Made by a program: the position numbers and the translations under genes. A stretch of 64,000 nucleotides of DNA, from positions 21,638,001-21,702,000 of the forward strand of contig OZ281497.1 in the NCBI GenBank assembly GCA_965637545.1, in the 5' to 3' direction. Source of the DNA: Phallusia mammillata. Lineage: Eukaryota. Every line of letters starts with the position of its first letter. Positions within the stretch are counted from its first letter, which is position 1. Shown one piece after another: positions 1 to 13,200 of the stretch. The notes below the pieces were generated by a model, which worked only from the letters and a program-made list of their open reading frames with translations, was not told the origin of the DNA and searched no databases.

Positions 1-339
1 TAATGGGGCATTACTCGGCAAAAGAGAAACCTATACATTCCACATTAATAACTTACACTAGATTTATCAAATTTAAGGATGATACAAAAACTTCGCAGTT
101 TTTGAAGCGCTAGCAGACCTATAGAAAGTGTAAAAGTGAAACAAGTTTGAGGGAAAGCTCGTTACCGTTATATTAAAAAGGTATAGCCGGTCACCATACA
201 TAGTGCATACACCAATTTAATGCATACACCACAGACTTAGATAGTTTTTTTTGCTTAGATAGTAACGGCGGGAAAGTTTTTTTGCTATTGGGGAGCGTTA
301 CTGTCCGTTACAACTATAATTTGACGTAGTATGCAAGTA

Positions 340-467
340 GTGGGGGATTGCGGCAGACTGTGGCCGCGGGCCACATTACCATGTATGACCCGGAAACTGT
401 CTGCGGGCCGGTCAAAATCCCGTCCCGGGCCGGATCCGGCCCGCGGGCCGTATGTTGCCCGCCCCTG
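340..467. mobile_element. 3' part of a hAT-type MITE (family of 54119-54437)
   Basis: GCGGGCCG repeats and a terminus GTTGCCCGCCCCTG that resemble the end of the 54119-54437 element. The 5' end was not resolved. Confidence 0.55.
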
Positions 468-1127
468 GGATATGGGGTTACAAAAGACTTCCAGTTAAAA
501 ACATACACTGTACACGCCATATTGTACCCATTGATTAGCCATAGAGCTGCTTTTAAATAAGCAACAAACGTGGGAAATGCAGGAATCCCGTTTTTCTATG
601 AGCCGTGTTGGACGTCGTTATCGAGGCATTAATATTTGTTTGCTCAACACCAAATTTACCACTGAAGTGTATAGAATAAATCGCTATTCCTTAAAACAAT
701 GTGAGTTTTTTGTCAAAACGGGCTTAATCGGAGAAAAGCTCGCGATATCACTGAAAACTGGGTCACGCGGTTTTACACAAAGTTTTCTAGGTCACGCAAG
801 CAAAACGGTAAAGATCACGGCTTCAAAACAACATAATATACATAAAGATAACCGCGGAACAAAAAAAAAATTAAAGACAAAAACGATTTGTTAATTTATG
901 AAAAGAAAAATAAGGAAACTACGGACTGTGGTTACGGATTTACGTGTTTTGTACATGCTAATATTAATGCTGGTATCTGAAAGGTCTACCCTTACTATTT
1001 ACGGAAAACAATGACGATAATCCTTGTTCTAACGCCTTCCATGAGAATTTAGGTAAAAATAAAATTAACGTGCTGGAAACCGAAGGTCACTGCCCCTTCT
1101 TATTTGCTGTAATCAAATCTAACGTCA

Positions 1128-1690
1128 CGTTTCAAAGTTTAATTCACAAATTGCGTGTATGATGGGTTAACAGCTTCGAAAGTGTTATTACTTTTAAACC
1201 ACACAATGTTTTTGGGTAAATTTACAAATCGCGTATATTAGTGATTCCCAACCACGGAGAAATTTTGAAACTTATTTTTTACATGTGGTTTGTAAATAAA
1301 CACTTAAGCTCTGGGGCATGACCTGTGAAGTTGAAATGACCCAAAATGCTCGTTTGGTTTAACATCTACCACGCAGTATATTTTGGTGGAATGAAAATAT
1401 TTTTGAATGGTTAAGGGAGAAATTCGTCGAAAGTTTTGGGAAAACTAGCGTATATGATCGGTTCAATTAAAGCTTCGAAAGTTTTATTACCATAAAATCA
1501 CACAACGTTTCAAAGTTTAATTCACATATCGCGTGTATAATGGTTTTGAAACTTTGGCCTTTTCATTTCTGTCAAACATAACGGTTAAAACTTCGCAATT
1601 GACATCTATGATGGGTTCAAAGTTTCGACAGTTTTATTACTAAGTTCAAATCACCAAAGTTTGATTCACAAATCGCGTGTGTAACGGTTA
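1128..1690. repeat. Degenerate tandem repeat array
   Basis: Recurring CAAAGTTT(A/G)ATTCACA(A/T)AT(T/C)GCGTGT and TGAT(G/C)GGTT..AGCTTCGAAAGT(G/T)TTATTAC units at ~1128, 1455, 1506, 1608 and 1655. Confidence 0.6.
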
Positions 1691-3487
1691 GAGCGTAGAT
1701 GATTGGTCGGTCAGGATTTCTGGAAGGTTTGAAGAAGCATATGTGACACGGCGCTAAGCGGTCCTTGAGGGTCGTAATGTTGCGAAGTGCAATCAAGTCG
1801 TTAGACGGATTTCAAAGTGAAGCTCAACCTCAATATAAAATTGCCCTAATTTTTCCTCATATATATCTTGTGCATGATCAAAGCGCACATCGCTCAACCA
1901 TCTGCACCCGTGTTTAGGAGAATTGCCTTATCCCACCAGAAGCCTGACAGGCTGGCATTTTTGCTATGAGTTAGGAATGCGGGAATAAATTGCCGTGGGC
2001 CTTTTGGTCAAACCACAAGATCATTGCTGGTTTGGAACTATGTTAACTATGGTTTGGTTCTATGTAAGTTCAATCATAGCTGTCTACTGTGTTACAGACA
2101 GACAGAACAACGCCGAACTTTTCCAAACTCATTATGTATCACCATTCATCACATAGCTATGAAAGCGTAACTTCTTTAGATCAGAAGGTACTGCTTTGGT
2201 ATATACAATGCCGTTTAAGTTCAATTGCTTTAAGAAAACAGAGAGATTGAGTAAAATGGACTAAAACCCATCAGCTTTCGCATTTATTTCAACACTGAAG
2301 CTTTTGCAAATTGTTGCAACAATATGGCATTGAAGCTAATTCGTGATTAAAATAGATTTGGCGCAGTTCTTTTAAAATATCTCACGAGAGTTATAGGCCG
2401 GAACATCCCAGGCGTACATTTGCATACAAGATAAAGGTTAAAAAATTGCACGAACCCAGTTTGCTTATTGTGAAACACAGACTTCGAAAACAAACAAAAG
2501 TTAGAACTTACGCAACATGTCTGGTCGAAAGTGATGAAAAATTTTACCAATCATCAATGTACATCAAGTTAAACATCGTGCTACCATATCTACTGTTGTG
2601 GCTTTTAAGACACAAAACGACGTTAAACTGACATCGGACACCACTTAAATTATTGACCAATCAGCGCCGGGTCTCGGGTGACAATTTCAAGGTCAAAGGG
2701 TCATAGATAAGAACACTCCACCACGAGATACAGATGCAAGTAGAGAAAGGTTCGGGACTGGGCAGCGAGCGTACGGGATTAAGAAAAACGTTCTGAAATT
2801 GGATCGCCATTTTGAACCCGAAACTGCGGACTTACATAACGATGTTATGAATACGCGAGCTGTTTGGATGTAAATTTGACACCTTATGATTTTGGTGATT
2901 GCACTTGATGCAATTCGTGACCCTCGAAAGCCGGAAGCATTACAAGTTCACATACCATACGAGGCACATCATATGACCCAATTGAGTAGAAGCCAATTTT
3001 ATGTGATCGTTGTCTATTTTCTTATAAATTAAGGCCGACTGCGACTGTAGGTGCAAGTTCAATCAAAATAAAGTTGTTATGCGGCGGTTAACAGGAATAG
3101 ATTGCAACCTTTCTCGGTGACTAAAATCTTGGAACTTTATTTCATCAACCTGGTGTATAGATAATCATCAGGTCGTGTGTTTTTTGCTGTATTTTTACAT
3201 TAAAATTAGCGAGCGATTTGAAATAGTTTATTATAGAAATTGCGTTAACGTGTCCTTATGGAGAAATAAAATGCAAATAGTCACGACAACAACACCTTTC
3301 CTTCAAACAAAAATGCTTCTGTTATTCGTAAATTAAAGTCCATGCCTTTTTTAGTCAAACTAGTTTTTTTTCCAATCGCACTACACGAAGTTTACATTTT
3401 GCACTGTTAGTTACAAATCCGGAGGAACTAAGTTTGTATTTGCTCCATAGCGCCCTCCCTCGGTAACATTTTTTAAAAAATTTAATA

Positions 3488-3503
3488 CCACCAGGGAGCG
3501 CTA
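3488..3503 (+). promoter_or_regulatory. CTCF-like motif
   Basis: CCACCAGGGAGCGCTA has one mismatch to the core CCASYAGRKGGCRS consensus. Motif match only. Confidence 0.35.
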
Positions 3504-4255
3504 CATACCCATATTGCCAGGCACAAACTTGGAGCGCGGCTTACAAGGTCCTTCAACCACACATCAAATGTAGAAATTTTGAGATTTGTCCTTTGAAGTG
3601 TGATTTTCTTCAATAAACTGTCAAACGCTAATATATTCACATAGCTTAAGTTCCCACACAATAAGCTGTACTGTACATTTAAATTACATTGGATACTAAG
3701 GACAATGTATATCGTCCAAGGCAAAGTTGTAAGTCGGGTCAATCAGTGTCTTAGTTTTTATAACAGCGGTTGGATTCGGGTCTGACTTTTATGTGTATCG
3801 TAATTTTGCGTTGGTTAATCTAACTTTGAGGCCTAGTTTTTGCTTACAGCTCTGGTCCAATATTAAATTGTAGTCAGTATGATATGACTAAAATTGTAAA
3901 TATTATAAGAAACAATTTAACTATACGACATGTTTAATGCAAATCATAACAAACAGAAAGTTTTCCCTAAATGTGTATTATTGCATGTACAACAGTAACC
4001 GATACACAACATCTTCATTTTAACATAAAAAAAGAAAACGAAATTTCCTGAACGTCCATCAGTATTTTAAAGACCATTACTTAGATAGTTTACTTAAAGT
4101 CGTGTTCTACTGATGTGAATCACAAAATGGCTGAAAAGTCCTTACAAATGGCAACCAATCCGGTAATCTACATGTCACAAAATAGGCAAATTTTAGTTTA
4201 GAAACGTATGTATTATGAACGCATACATACGATAATGTGTCAAAGTTGGCACAGA

Positions 4256-7200
4256 TTAAGTTGGGCTGTAACTGGTCTCTGCTTTTGACACCATAGGAAC
4301 CATTGTTTGGAAATCTTCCGTTTCCATCGTATTTCCATTAATCGGGCGGTAACGTAACTGGAATTAAAACAGCACAGTTTTATTGGGTCTGAGCATTTTT
4401 AAACTTGCTATAATATGTGGCATAACATATATTTGGATTTGTCTGTGAAAACAAAACATCTTTAGTCTAACCAAGTAAAGGAAACACCGTTTATAAAACT
4501 ATATTTTGAAATTATTTGTTAGATATTTTTAATTCAAATTTGGGGTCAAATATATTTCCGATATATACAGAGAAAATGGTGTATGTAGTAAATCATAACA
4601 AAAGACATTTTGCATATAAATTGCGAATAAATAGGAAAGCCACTTTTCTTGTTTTTGAGTTGATATGTTTTTTTGCCTGAATGTTCGGTTTCAGCCGAAT
4701 AAAAAATACCCTTTGATCTAACAAGTTTGCCAAACCGAATATTCGGTTTTATTTTCACACCTTCGTAAGCCTTTTACACACAATTGAAACATAAAAATAT
4801 ATGGTACTGCTATTGCACGCAAAACGAGATAACTTTGATGTTTCTTTTTCTGTAATAAAAACTTTGAATCCCAAAAACTTTTAACAATCCAGCAATTTGA
4901 ACTACCAAGAAAACCTCTTGTGATAATCAATCCGAAATTTCGTTTACTGAATGCACACATTCACATAAAATATTCATACCTCAGATAATTTTCCACCGTT
5001 TCTCAGAGTTTTCACAACTTTATAAATGGCGTAGGCTGGAATCATGCTCACTGAACTCAAACTGATAAATTGTGCAAACACCTGTGCCCAAACTGGATAC
5101 ACATATGAGTGATATCTCAAAGGTCGAAGCAAAGCCATGTAGTATATAGAAAGAGCCTGAAATTAAAGGTAGTAAATCAAAAAAACAATTCGCAATTTGT
5201 ACACACAGGCGGTATAACTTCAAAACTGTAGTAAAAGCATTTTGCATTGGCGTAGCCACAAAATGTAAAAAATATGAGTAAAACCAACCAGAGTTCTTGG
5301 CGGGCCTGAAATTGGAGCCCGAACCTGAAAGTAGAAGCCCGAAGCCGAATCGTTTTTTTCTCGTTCAGACCCAAAGGTTTAATCGACAGGCTAGGCTTAT
5401 AATCAAGAAAGCATACAGAATGGACAATGGCCTATAACAAGACATTTTACAACTCTGAAACCAACTGGTATACAGCCACAACAAACAAATAAAGTTTATT
5501 ACAGAAGGAACAACGTTTCTTTTCACTTACACTACCCTGCACGAAAAAAAACATTTAAACGTTGTTGAAGCAGACATTCCCACCAGTGCAAAAAATCTAT
5601 TTGACATTATTTAACCTACCACGCAAGCCACAGGGCCAATAAATTTCCATGCCACAACAATTAGTCTCTTGCCGCGTCGACTTCCGACCATTCTCTTTAT
5701 CTCCATCCAGTGACGGTTGGCTCCGATCAGCCACCCGACCGCCACGAATTCGCAAGCGGCGATAAAGAACTGACACCAACCAGCTATTGCAAAATGGTTG
5801 TAAATCTCAAACAGGTAGACACCGCCCTATACAAAACAGACGATTAAAGCTTGTATGACATATAACAACAGATTATAAACTCTGATAAGTCTGTGGACAT
5901 CTACCGTTTGTTTAATAAATACATATGTCACCCAAGTCAGGGGTCGGTAACCTTTTTCGTACCAAGGACCGTTTTTGAAACCGAAATTTTATCGCGGACC
6001 GACCTTCAAAAAACAAATATTCAGCAATGAAAACGACTAAATTAGTTTATAATCCCCGAGATACATGGGCAAAATGTTAAGAAGCATTTAACCGGAAATA
6101 GCATACGGCCCAGTAACTAACTCCTCGCGGGCAGTTGCCGAACACTGACCTAAGTAAGGCATATTAAGTATAAACACATGTGGATAGGTGACTGCCATTT
6201 TGTCGCCCGTTATTCAAAGAAACATACGACTCGAAAATTGTCAATGCTCTTTGAGAGAGGAATAATACTCGGTACTCAGCCAACTAGAAAATTTTCCTGC
6301 CTTTACGCACTGGAAATTTTTCTTGTTTTACTCAAACATTATTCAATTATACCACAAAGTAGACATCTTACTTCCGTAACCATTAGAAGGCCGATTATCA
6401 ACATGAATCCACATAAGACGGCATGGAAAATTTCTCGCCCGTATCGAAAGGTTCGAATTTTTGGAAAATTGTCCATGAAAAATGCCAAGACGCATTCCTG
6501 GTAAACGAACTAAAAATATAAAGAATAAAATTAGGGTGATATTGAAAATGTAACCTGTGTATAGTAACAAAACAGAGCAAAACAACTAATCGTACGTTAG
6601 GAATATGTCATGTTTTACCAGCAGGCCCTAATAATCTCTTGTTTAGAAACAAAGATTTTTGCCACACTAAATTGACAATCCAGTGCAGAGTTGTAAATCG
6701 GGCAGGGTTTTTCGGGTCTTGTTCGGGTAGGGCTTACAGTTTAAATAAAAGGGCTTGATTCCGCCTTGCTGACTTCACATTCAGCCACATTTGTGCCCCA
6801 ATTTTATTAACTTTTTGGGCATTAATAGTACGACAGGCAATTCATCTTAGCTTTACGGGCTTTGTGTGAAATAACTTCGGATTGGGCCGGGTTTTCAGAC
6901 ATTAACTGTGACCCGGTCATACCACCGATTGGTTCACGAAACTAAAGTATAGTAAACTAAATTACAAACTATGTTAACAGTAAGCACTACATACCTCCGA
7001 GTCAAATCCAAGAAAAATAATCATCAAAAAGAAGAGGGCGCACCAAAACTGTGGAAGGGGAAGTAGAGACAGAGCTTCAGGATAGGCGACGAATACTAGA
7101 CCTGGTCCGGATTTGGCCACCTCTTCTAATGTTGTGTTCTGAATTAAAAATAGGTTTGAATTAACACGTTAAACCAGATTTAAACCTAATCAGCCTTTGA

Positions 7201-10200
7201 CATAAATTGCGTGGGTTTGAAATGATGCTTTGATGGAAAACCGTATAAACTTTTCGCTGTGGATTATAACACGATTAACCATCCGTAACTTCTCGAAAAG
7301 AGAAAAGCATCGATTATCTTATGACCATAATGCGGCTAAATCGGGATTCTAAAAAAACCCGCACGTCATTACATATGCTTTTTATATTTATAACTATAAG
7401 AGTCATTGCGCTTTACATATATATGTGCATGTATTACTTACATATTACATACATAAGTAGAGCACAACAAGCTTATAAAAACATAAGCACACTACATAAT
7501 AAAGATCAGAAGAGACTGCAAAAACCAACACACAGGCGGAAAATTAAACCAAGTTTGAGGAAATTACGTTAAGGGTTTATAGAGATTGCGCTGCTGGCAA
7601 ATTTGAAAGCAACGTAATTTTTGTGTTATGAGTGCCAATGCTCCAAATCAGGAATCGCTTGAGGTGAAAAGCGAACTATCTTGGCAGCGTAATATGGCAC
7701 TAAGCAGTTGTTTATTTTCTCCCTTACTATCGTCTACATTCGATGCAGCTTTGTTATTACTGATGCATTTCGGTTGGCCGAAGCTTTTTACCGAACATGG
7801 CGTCCTAATGACGTTCGGAAACTAAACGTTTTCCATTAAACCAACGCCAAAAGTTTCACAGCCGACCAAACAGTAGCCCAATAAACCGACTAAGAACATT
7901 TTCTGTAAACCACGAGCAACTTTACCAGCAGCATATTTTGTGTTTTGTTCTACATATAATTTATGAAAGCGTTTTTATAATTTCGTGGTCGTCAGCATAT
8001 TTTTATCTTATTAAACGGTTTATTATCATTTTTGACTACATGTGGTCGAATTTTTGACTAGATGTTGCATTTTACCTAATCATGTACATTTTACTTACTT
8101 GATAATGAGCCATAAATCCGAGAGTAGAGAAGACAGCAAATCCGGAAATAAAACTTGTTCCAATGTTGAGAACTCCAATTAGAATTGAATCTCTACAAAC
8201 AGAGACACAGTACATTAACAAGTAAATCGCGTCCATACAGACGGAATAAAAGAAATAAAAAACGCAAAAAAATTACACACCAATACCCTTACAAAATGAG
8301 AAGCGTTTCGACTTGTTTGTACTGAAATGTGGGCAGTACAAACTGGTAACGAGGTGCTTCTGTGTTATTTCGTGTTAGCAAGCTAAACTCTCGGAGAAAC
8401 CGGTAATCTGTAGTTTATGTCAGGTTACCGTAACAGGTCATGATGATATTTGTTGTAGCTTCCAAGGGTGATCAAATTACCAGCACAAGCCCCGTACGAG
8501 TAGATCACCTGAGTTCCAGCGCCAACCCAAACCTACAATTGACATCAAACCATTGTTGGTGCCTTTTGTTGCACAAAGATAGAAATACAAAGCAAAACAA
8601 GTTTTCTACAATTCCAGCAAATATGTAAGTTTTGGGTATCTGCAGATGCTTAGAAAATTTGAACAACAGTAGCATTTGGCCAATGACAATAGCGAGATCA
8701 GGATACATTGAGATGTATTTGCTGTTTTGGTCCGTTCTATGATGAACATTACACATGCTGGTTTATTGGAAAATGTAAATTAAAAACTTCTACGTTAAAC
8801 ACAAACCAATTAATCAAGTAACGTTTACAATGGTTGTATATTGTTAATTAAGTTTGCACTAAGCAATGACAATTAAATTACAAAATCCCTGAATAAAAAA
8901 TACAATAAAAACATAATGTCATATGTACCAAGAAAAAACACGACAAAAGCTGGATGTTACAGACTGGAAATTTCCGGCATTGTTTTGGGTTTAAAAAAGT
9001 CACGTAGCAACACATGGAAAGATGACAATAGTTATAGTGTTTTTGCTCGGAAATTAGCTAAGCAGTGTTTGTATGCATTTATTATTTCTTACCTCAGGAT
9101 GCGAAAGCTTTGTGATGTTGGGGGTGAGATAATACCCGACACCGTTGGCAGCGCCCTCAAGTGTTGCACCCCTTATCAGAATGACGACAATCAAGAAGAT
9201 AGGCAATGTAGCAGTTACGTAAACAATCTGGAACAAACAAAGAGTGTCGTTCTTTATTTAAACTTTTTGAGTGACAACAAAAATGCACACAATGATTGGT
9301 TTATAAAATGTTTTGGCAGCTACCTCTATAAAAAAACGTATCGGTATTCGATATTTGTTAATTTTGATTTCAATTTTCAAGCAAAAAAAGCAAACAGATG
9401 TCAGAAATATGGAACAACATTTTGAATACATGTGAAAGGTTGTGTACACTACCTTGGCGGACCATTTGATTCCCTTGAACGTGCAAAGGTAGACACCGAG
9501 CCAGATGAGAATCAGATACAGTGCAAGGTCTAATCTGAGCTTTCCCATGTGCTCGATACCTGGAGATATCCCAAGCATTTCCAGGCTTAAGAGAACACCG
9601 AAATAGAATCAATGTTCATATTAAGTATAATAGTTTTTCAAAGCAAATCAGATGTGTGTATGTTTCTCGTGGGTACAAATCACCAAAACTTCGGGTTCGA
9701 GATGTGATTTAAAACAAAGGGTCTTTCAATTGTTGTGAAAAAGTAGAGTTTTAGTATAATAATATTTATCAGATAACATACAGAATTCGTAAAAAAATTG
9801 CTTTCGGTTTTACTTCAAAATTTCAAATCAATCATTACAATTCAATTTACTTCTGTCAGTAGTTCTAGAGTCTAGACAAAAGGTCATTAAAACTTAAAGG
9901 GTAAAGAACGCACAGATAGTCATGAACCACTATATAGTAGACGTGGACAATCTACTACAAGTGAATAAACTTACTTCCAATATTCCTCCGCCGCTGAAGT
10001 CAACGCCGTGACGTTGCCCGTGGTAACATTGCTGTCAGTGACGTTCACACTATTTGACTCGTTGGCAAAGCGTGACGCATTGAGACTTGCGACGTTCACA
10101 CAGTTGGCAGTATTCCAAGAATTGTCGCAAGTCGTCCAAGGAAGAACGGAAGAGAAACTCCCCACGAGGTATTTGAAGGACCACGCCAATATGACAACAT

Positions 10201-13200
10201 AGAAAACATTGGCATGCAGCAAAATCACCACATTTGCAAACGCCAAACCTAAGTATAAAGAAATTTACGTGCTTTTTGTTGTTTTTTGTAAAATAATAAA
10301 TAATACAGGCACAAAAATATTGATCGATTTGTTTTGCTGAAAATGCCGTGTTTTTTAAACTACTTTGGGATGCTGGATTCAAAGGACGTATTATTAAATA
10401 TTACATTTGTGCATGTTTTACACTTTTTATAGTCAATCTTTAACGGATTATTGTTACATGAAAAACTCAGTAGTAGTCTTAATAAACTACAATGATCATT
10501 TTGCATGTTATTTTTTTGAGTTACCTCAACTGGTATTTTATAGTTTACCCTGAAATATTGCCAGTTTATTTCGTTTTACCTTTGAATATTGGCACAGTTC
10601 CCCAGCTTTTCGTGAGACCAAGCCGCACGCTTTGTCCTAGAGAAGTTTCCAGAATCACCAGCGGAATTCCGATCAGAATTGCAAAGAGAAAGTAGGGAAT
10701 CAGGAAAGCACCTGTACAGGTTTTTTTTAAAGGTTTGGTTTGGGTGACCGCTAAGTAGTTTTAAGAGACCGCAAGTGTTTCATTTAAATACCAAAAAATA
10801 GCCATATTCAAATTTTGGGAAACCGCTGGAGAAATTTGTTTCGGTCCCCCAAAACACCTTAAAAAAACACTGCACCTGTACAAAAAATAAGAAATAAAAA
10901 AAGCTTGTTCAAATAAACAAACTCGCTGCAAAAACAAGATCGCTATTAGGCGATTTATCACCGATGTAGCGAGTATTTATTAGGCGATTTATCACCGATG
11001 TAGCGAGTATAACTTTGCACAATATTTACGATAATCGAGATAAAAAATTGCCAATGATTTTGGGTGCGTGCCATAGATTTCGCATTGCGATAAAAGCCTG
11101 TTGCCAGCAAAGTTTATCGCTATCATTATCGGATGCGGGCAAATCAGCCCGAAGGGTAAAACTGTACACGGAAGGAAATCTACCGCAGTAATTTAAAAGT
11201 AACCAAGTGTGAACTGTGTTTTAGTTGCAAAATTATCATTGACAACCCACAAACAACAACAAGCAGCCATGCGTAAATCAAAGATTGCAATGATTTTCTT
11301 GGTCTTTATGTTTTATGGTGATAGACCGCAGGTAAAGTAAGTTGCAATCTGTTGGTGACACACCTCAAAACACAAGAGTGATTCACCACTTTAAACTCAA
11401 ATACCCTTTCTTATGTGTTGCATATTACAAACAAAAACAAAGTTTGCTGCCTTAGGCCAGGTTTGTTTCAGGTCGCATACTGTCACGATTCCTATATGTT
11501 TTGTGTCATATTTCTAGACAACAAAGCGTGATATTCAATGGTTTCTGAGAACAATTTATTTATGTAATAATCGGATATGTCATAATTAGATAAAGTGGAC
11601 CAAAATACCCATTTATAATTGCCCATTTGGTGAATTTTGTGTGGTAAAAATAACCTTCCTAAAACTACAAGAAAACTCAGAAACAGGCATTTAAGTTACG
11701 TAAAATAGATGAGTTTGGTAATCTACACAAAGACTAGTTTTTCAACTTAATGGGACTAATTGTATTTGATCTGGCCTAAGCCAAATTTTGACAAACTTTC
11801 TTTGTAACTGAGTGGGCAGTTTCAACTTTCTCAAATGATAAATAGATTTCTGATGCATCAATAAACTGCTAAAAGGGGCTTAGCCGGGTTGGCTTCAGCA
11901 GTAAGTTAAAGTTCAAAACATTTGCCCGCTGGCCGCCTGATTCGTGTTTCTCGTTGCAGATAACAAATCTTGTACCTGAAGTTCAAACTGAGTGATGACC
12001 GTTGGCAAGACAACACAGTCCGCTTATTACCGACTACTACTCAACAAAATGCGGTTAGGATACAAAAAAGTACAACAAGTTAGGAAGTTCTGTTTCTGTC
12101 ATTGCCAAAAAATTCTATTTGAAATGTATCAAATATTTGATCTACCAGTATTGATGTTTTAAACTGCTAAAAGTATTTTGATGATGCAAAGAAAACAACA
12201 CTGATTTTGCATGTCTTATGCTCACCTATATTTACCCACAACGCATGTCATATGTGAAACTTTGAAGTTCGATTTTTGATCTGTCTTAGATCTAAGCCAG
12301 TTGGCCCGTTTTTGTTTTAGCCTAACACATGTTTAAGGTAACGGCCACGTGTCACTGTCGACGACTAACCATTGCCAGATCAAGCTATTTCAAAGCGAAG
12401 GTCCTTGATTTGCACAAAAACCTGAGCGTACATTACCAATTAAGATTCAAACGCCACTCCACAAAACAAGGTAATTACCACTAATCTAAAACCAACGCGG
12501 AAGCGCAAAATGTGCCTCATGAATTCATGTGCGTTTGAGGGCATGTTCTCATCAACCATGTGTGTCGCAAGAAATATTGTAATAGCATTCACGTACCGCG
12601 CAAGAACACGCACGCTGCATGTATATTTGTGACAGTGATAATTTCTACTCATTTTTTTGCAAATGCCCCACATAGTTACTAGAGATGTACCGAATATTCG
12701 GTTTGCCGAATTTATTCGGCCGAATCGGCCACTTTTGCAAAGATTCGGTTTCGGCCGAATAATTTATTGCGATTCGGCCGAAACCGAATCTTTTACGAAC
12801 ACATATTTAAAGCGTAAACGTGTCTTTTCTGCCTAGTACCAACAAAAATCGCGTCAATCATTATATTTTTTAACACAATATCGCTTTTCCAACTGCAGAT
12901 AAAAAATCAGTAATTCATTGTCGGGTTGGAAATCATGATTGAGGCAATGTTAAACCCCACAGAACCAAATTAAGGACGAAACACAACCATTCTGTACTAA
13001 CAGCCAGGTAGATAAACTTAAGTTTTCATGTCAAACGCGAAAGGTATACGACTTCGCGTGACGTCATAAATGATTCGGTTGATTCGGCCGAATTTATTCG
13101 GCAAATCCGCCGAATATTCGGTTTCGGCCGAATCGAAATTTCGGCGATTCGGTACATCACTAATAGTTACTACTAAAATGTGATGATAGATGCATCCAAT

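Noticed and set aside
2690-2703. AGGTCA-AA-GGGTCA, a DR2 nuclear-receptor-like element near a CCAAT box (2656)
   Set aside because: Single short motif in a region that looks like a TE relic. GGTCAAAGGTCA-type strings are common in such repeats and no gene start is associated.
4718-4960. Alternative terminal exon for SLC6
   Set aside because: The nearest acceptor gives an immediate stop in phase 0. The 4357-4256 exon has a good acceptor, the right phase and gives a normal-length protein.
7628-7900. ORF-like stretch inside an SLC6 intron
   Set aside because: Flanking exons 8192-8099 and 7138-6995 join in frame to give the canonical TM7-EL4 sequence. The stretch has stops and no homology signal.
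8916-9425. 169-aa plus-strand ORF
   Set aside because: It is an antisense shadow of two SLC6 exons and has no recognisable protein features.
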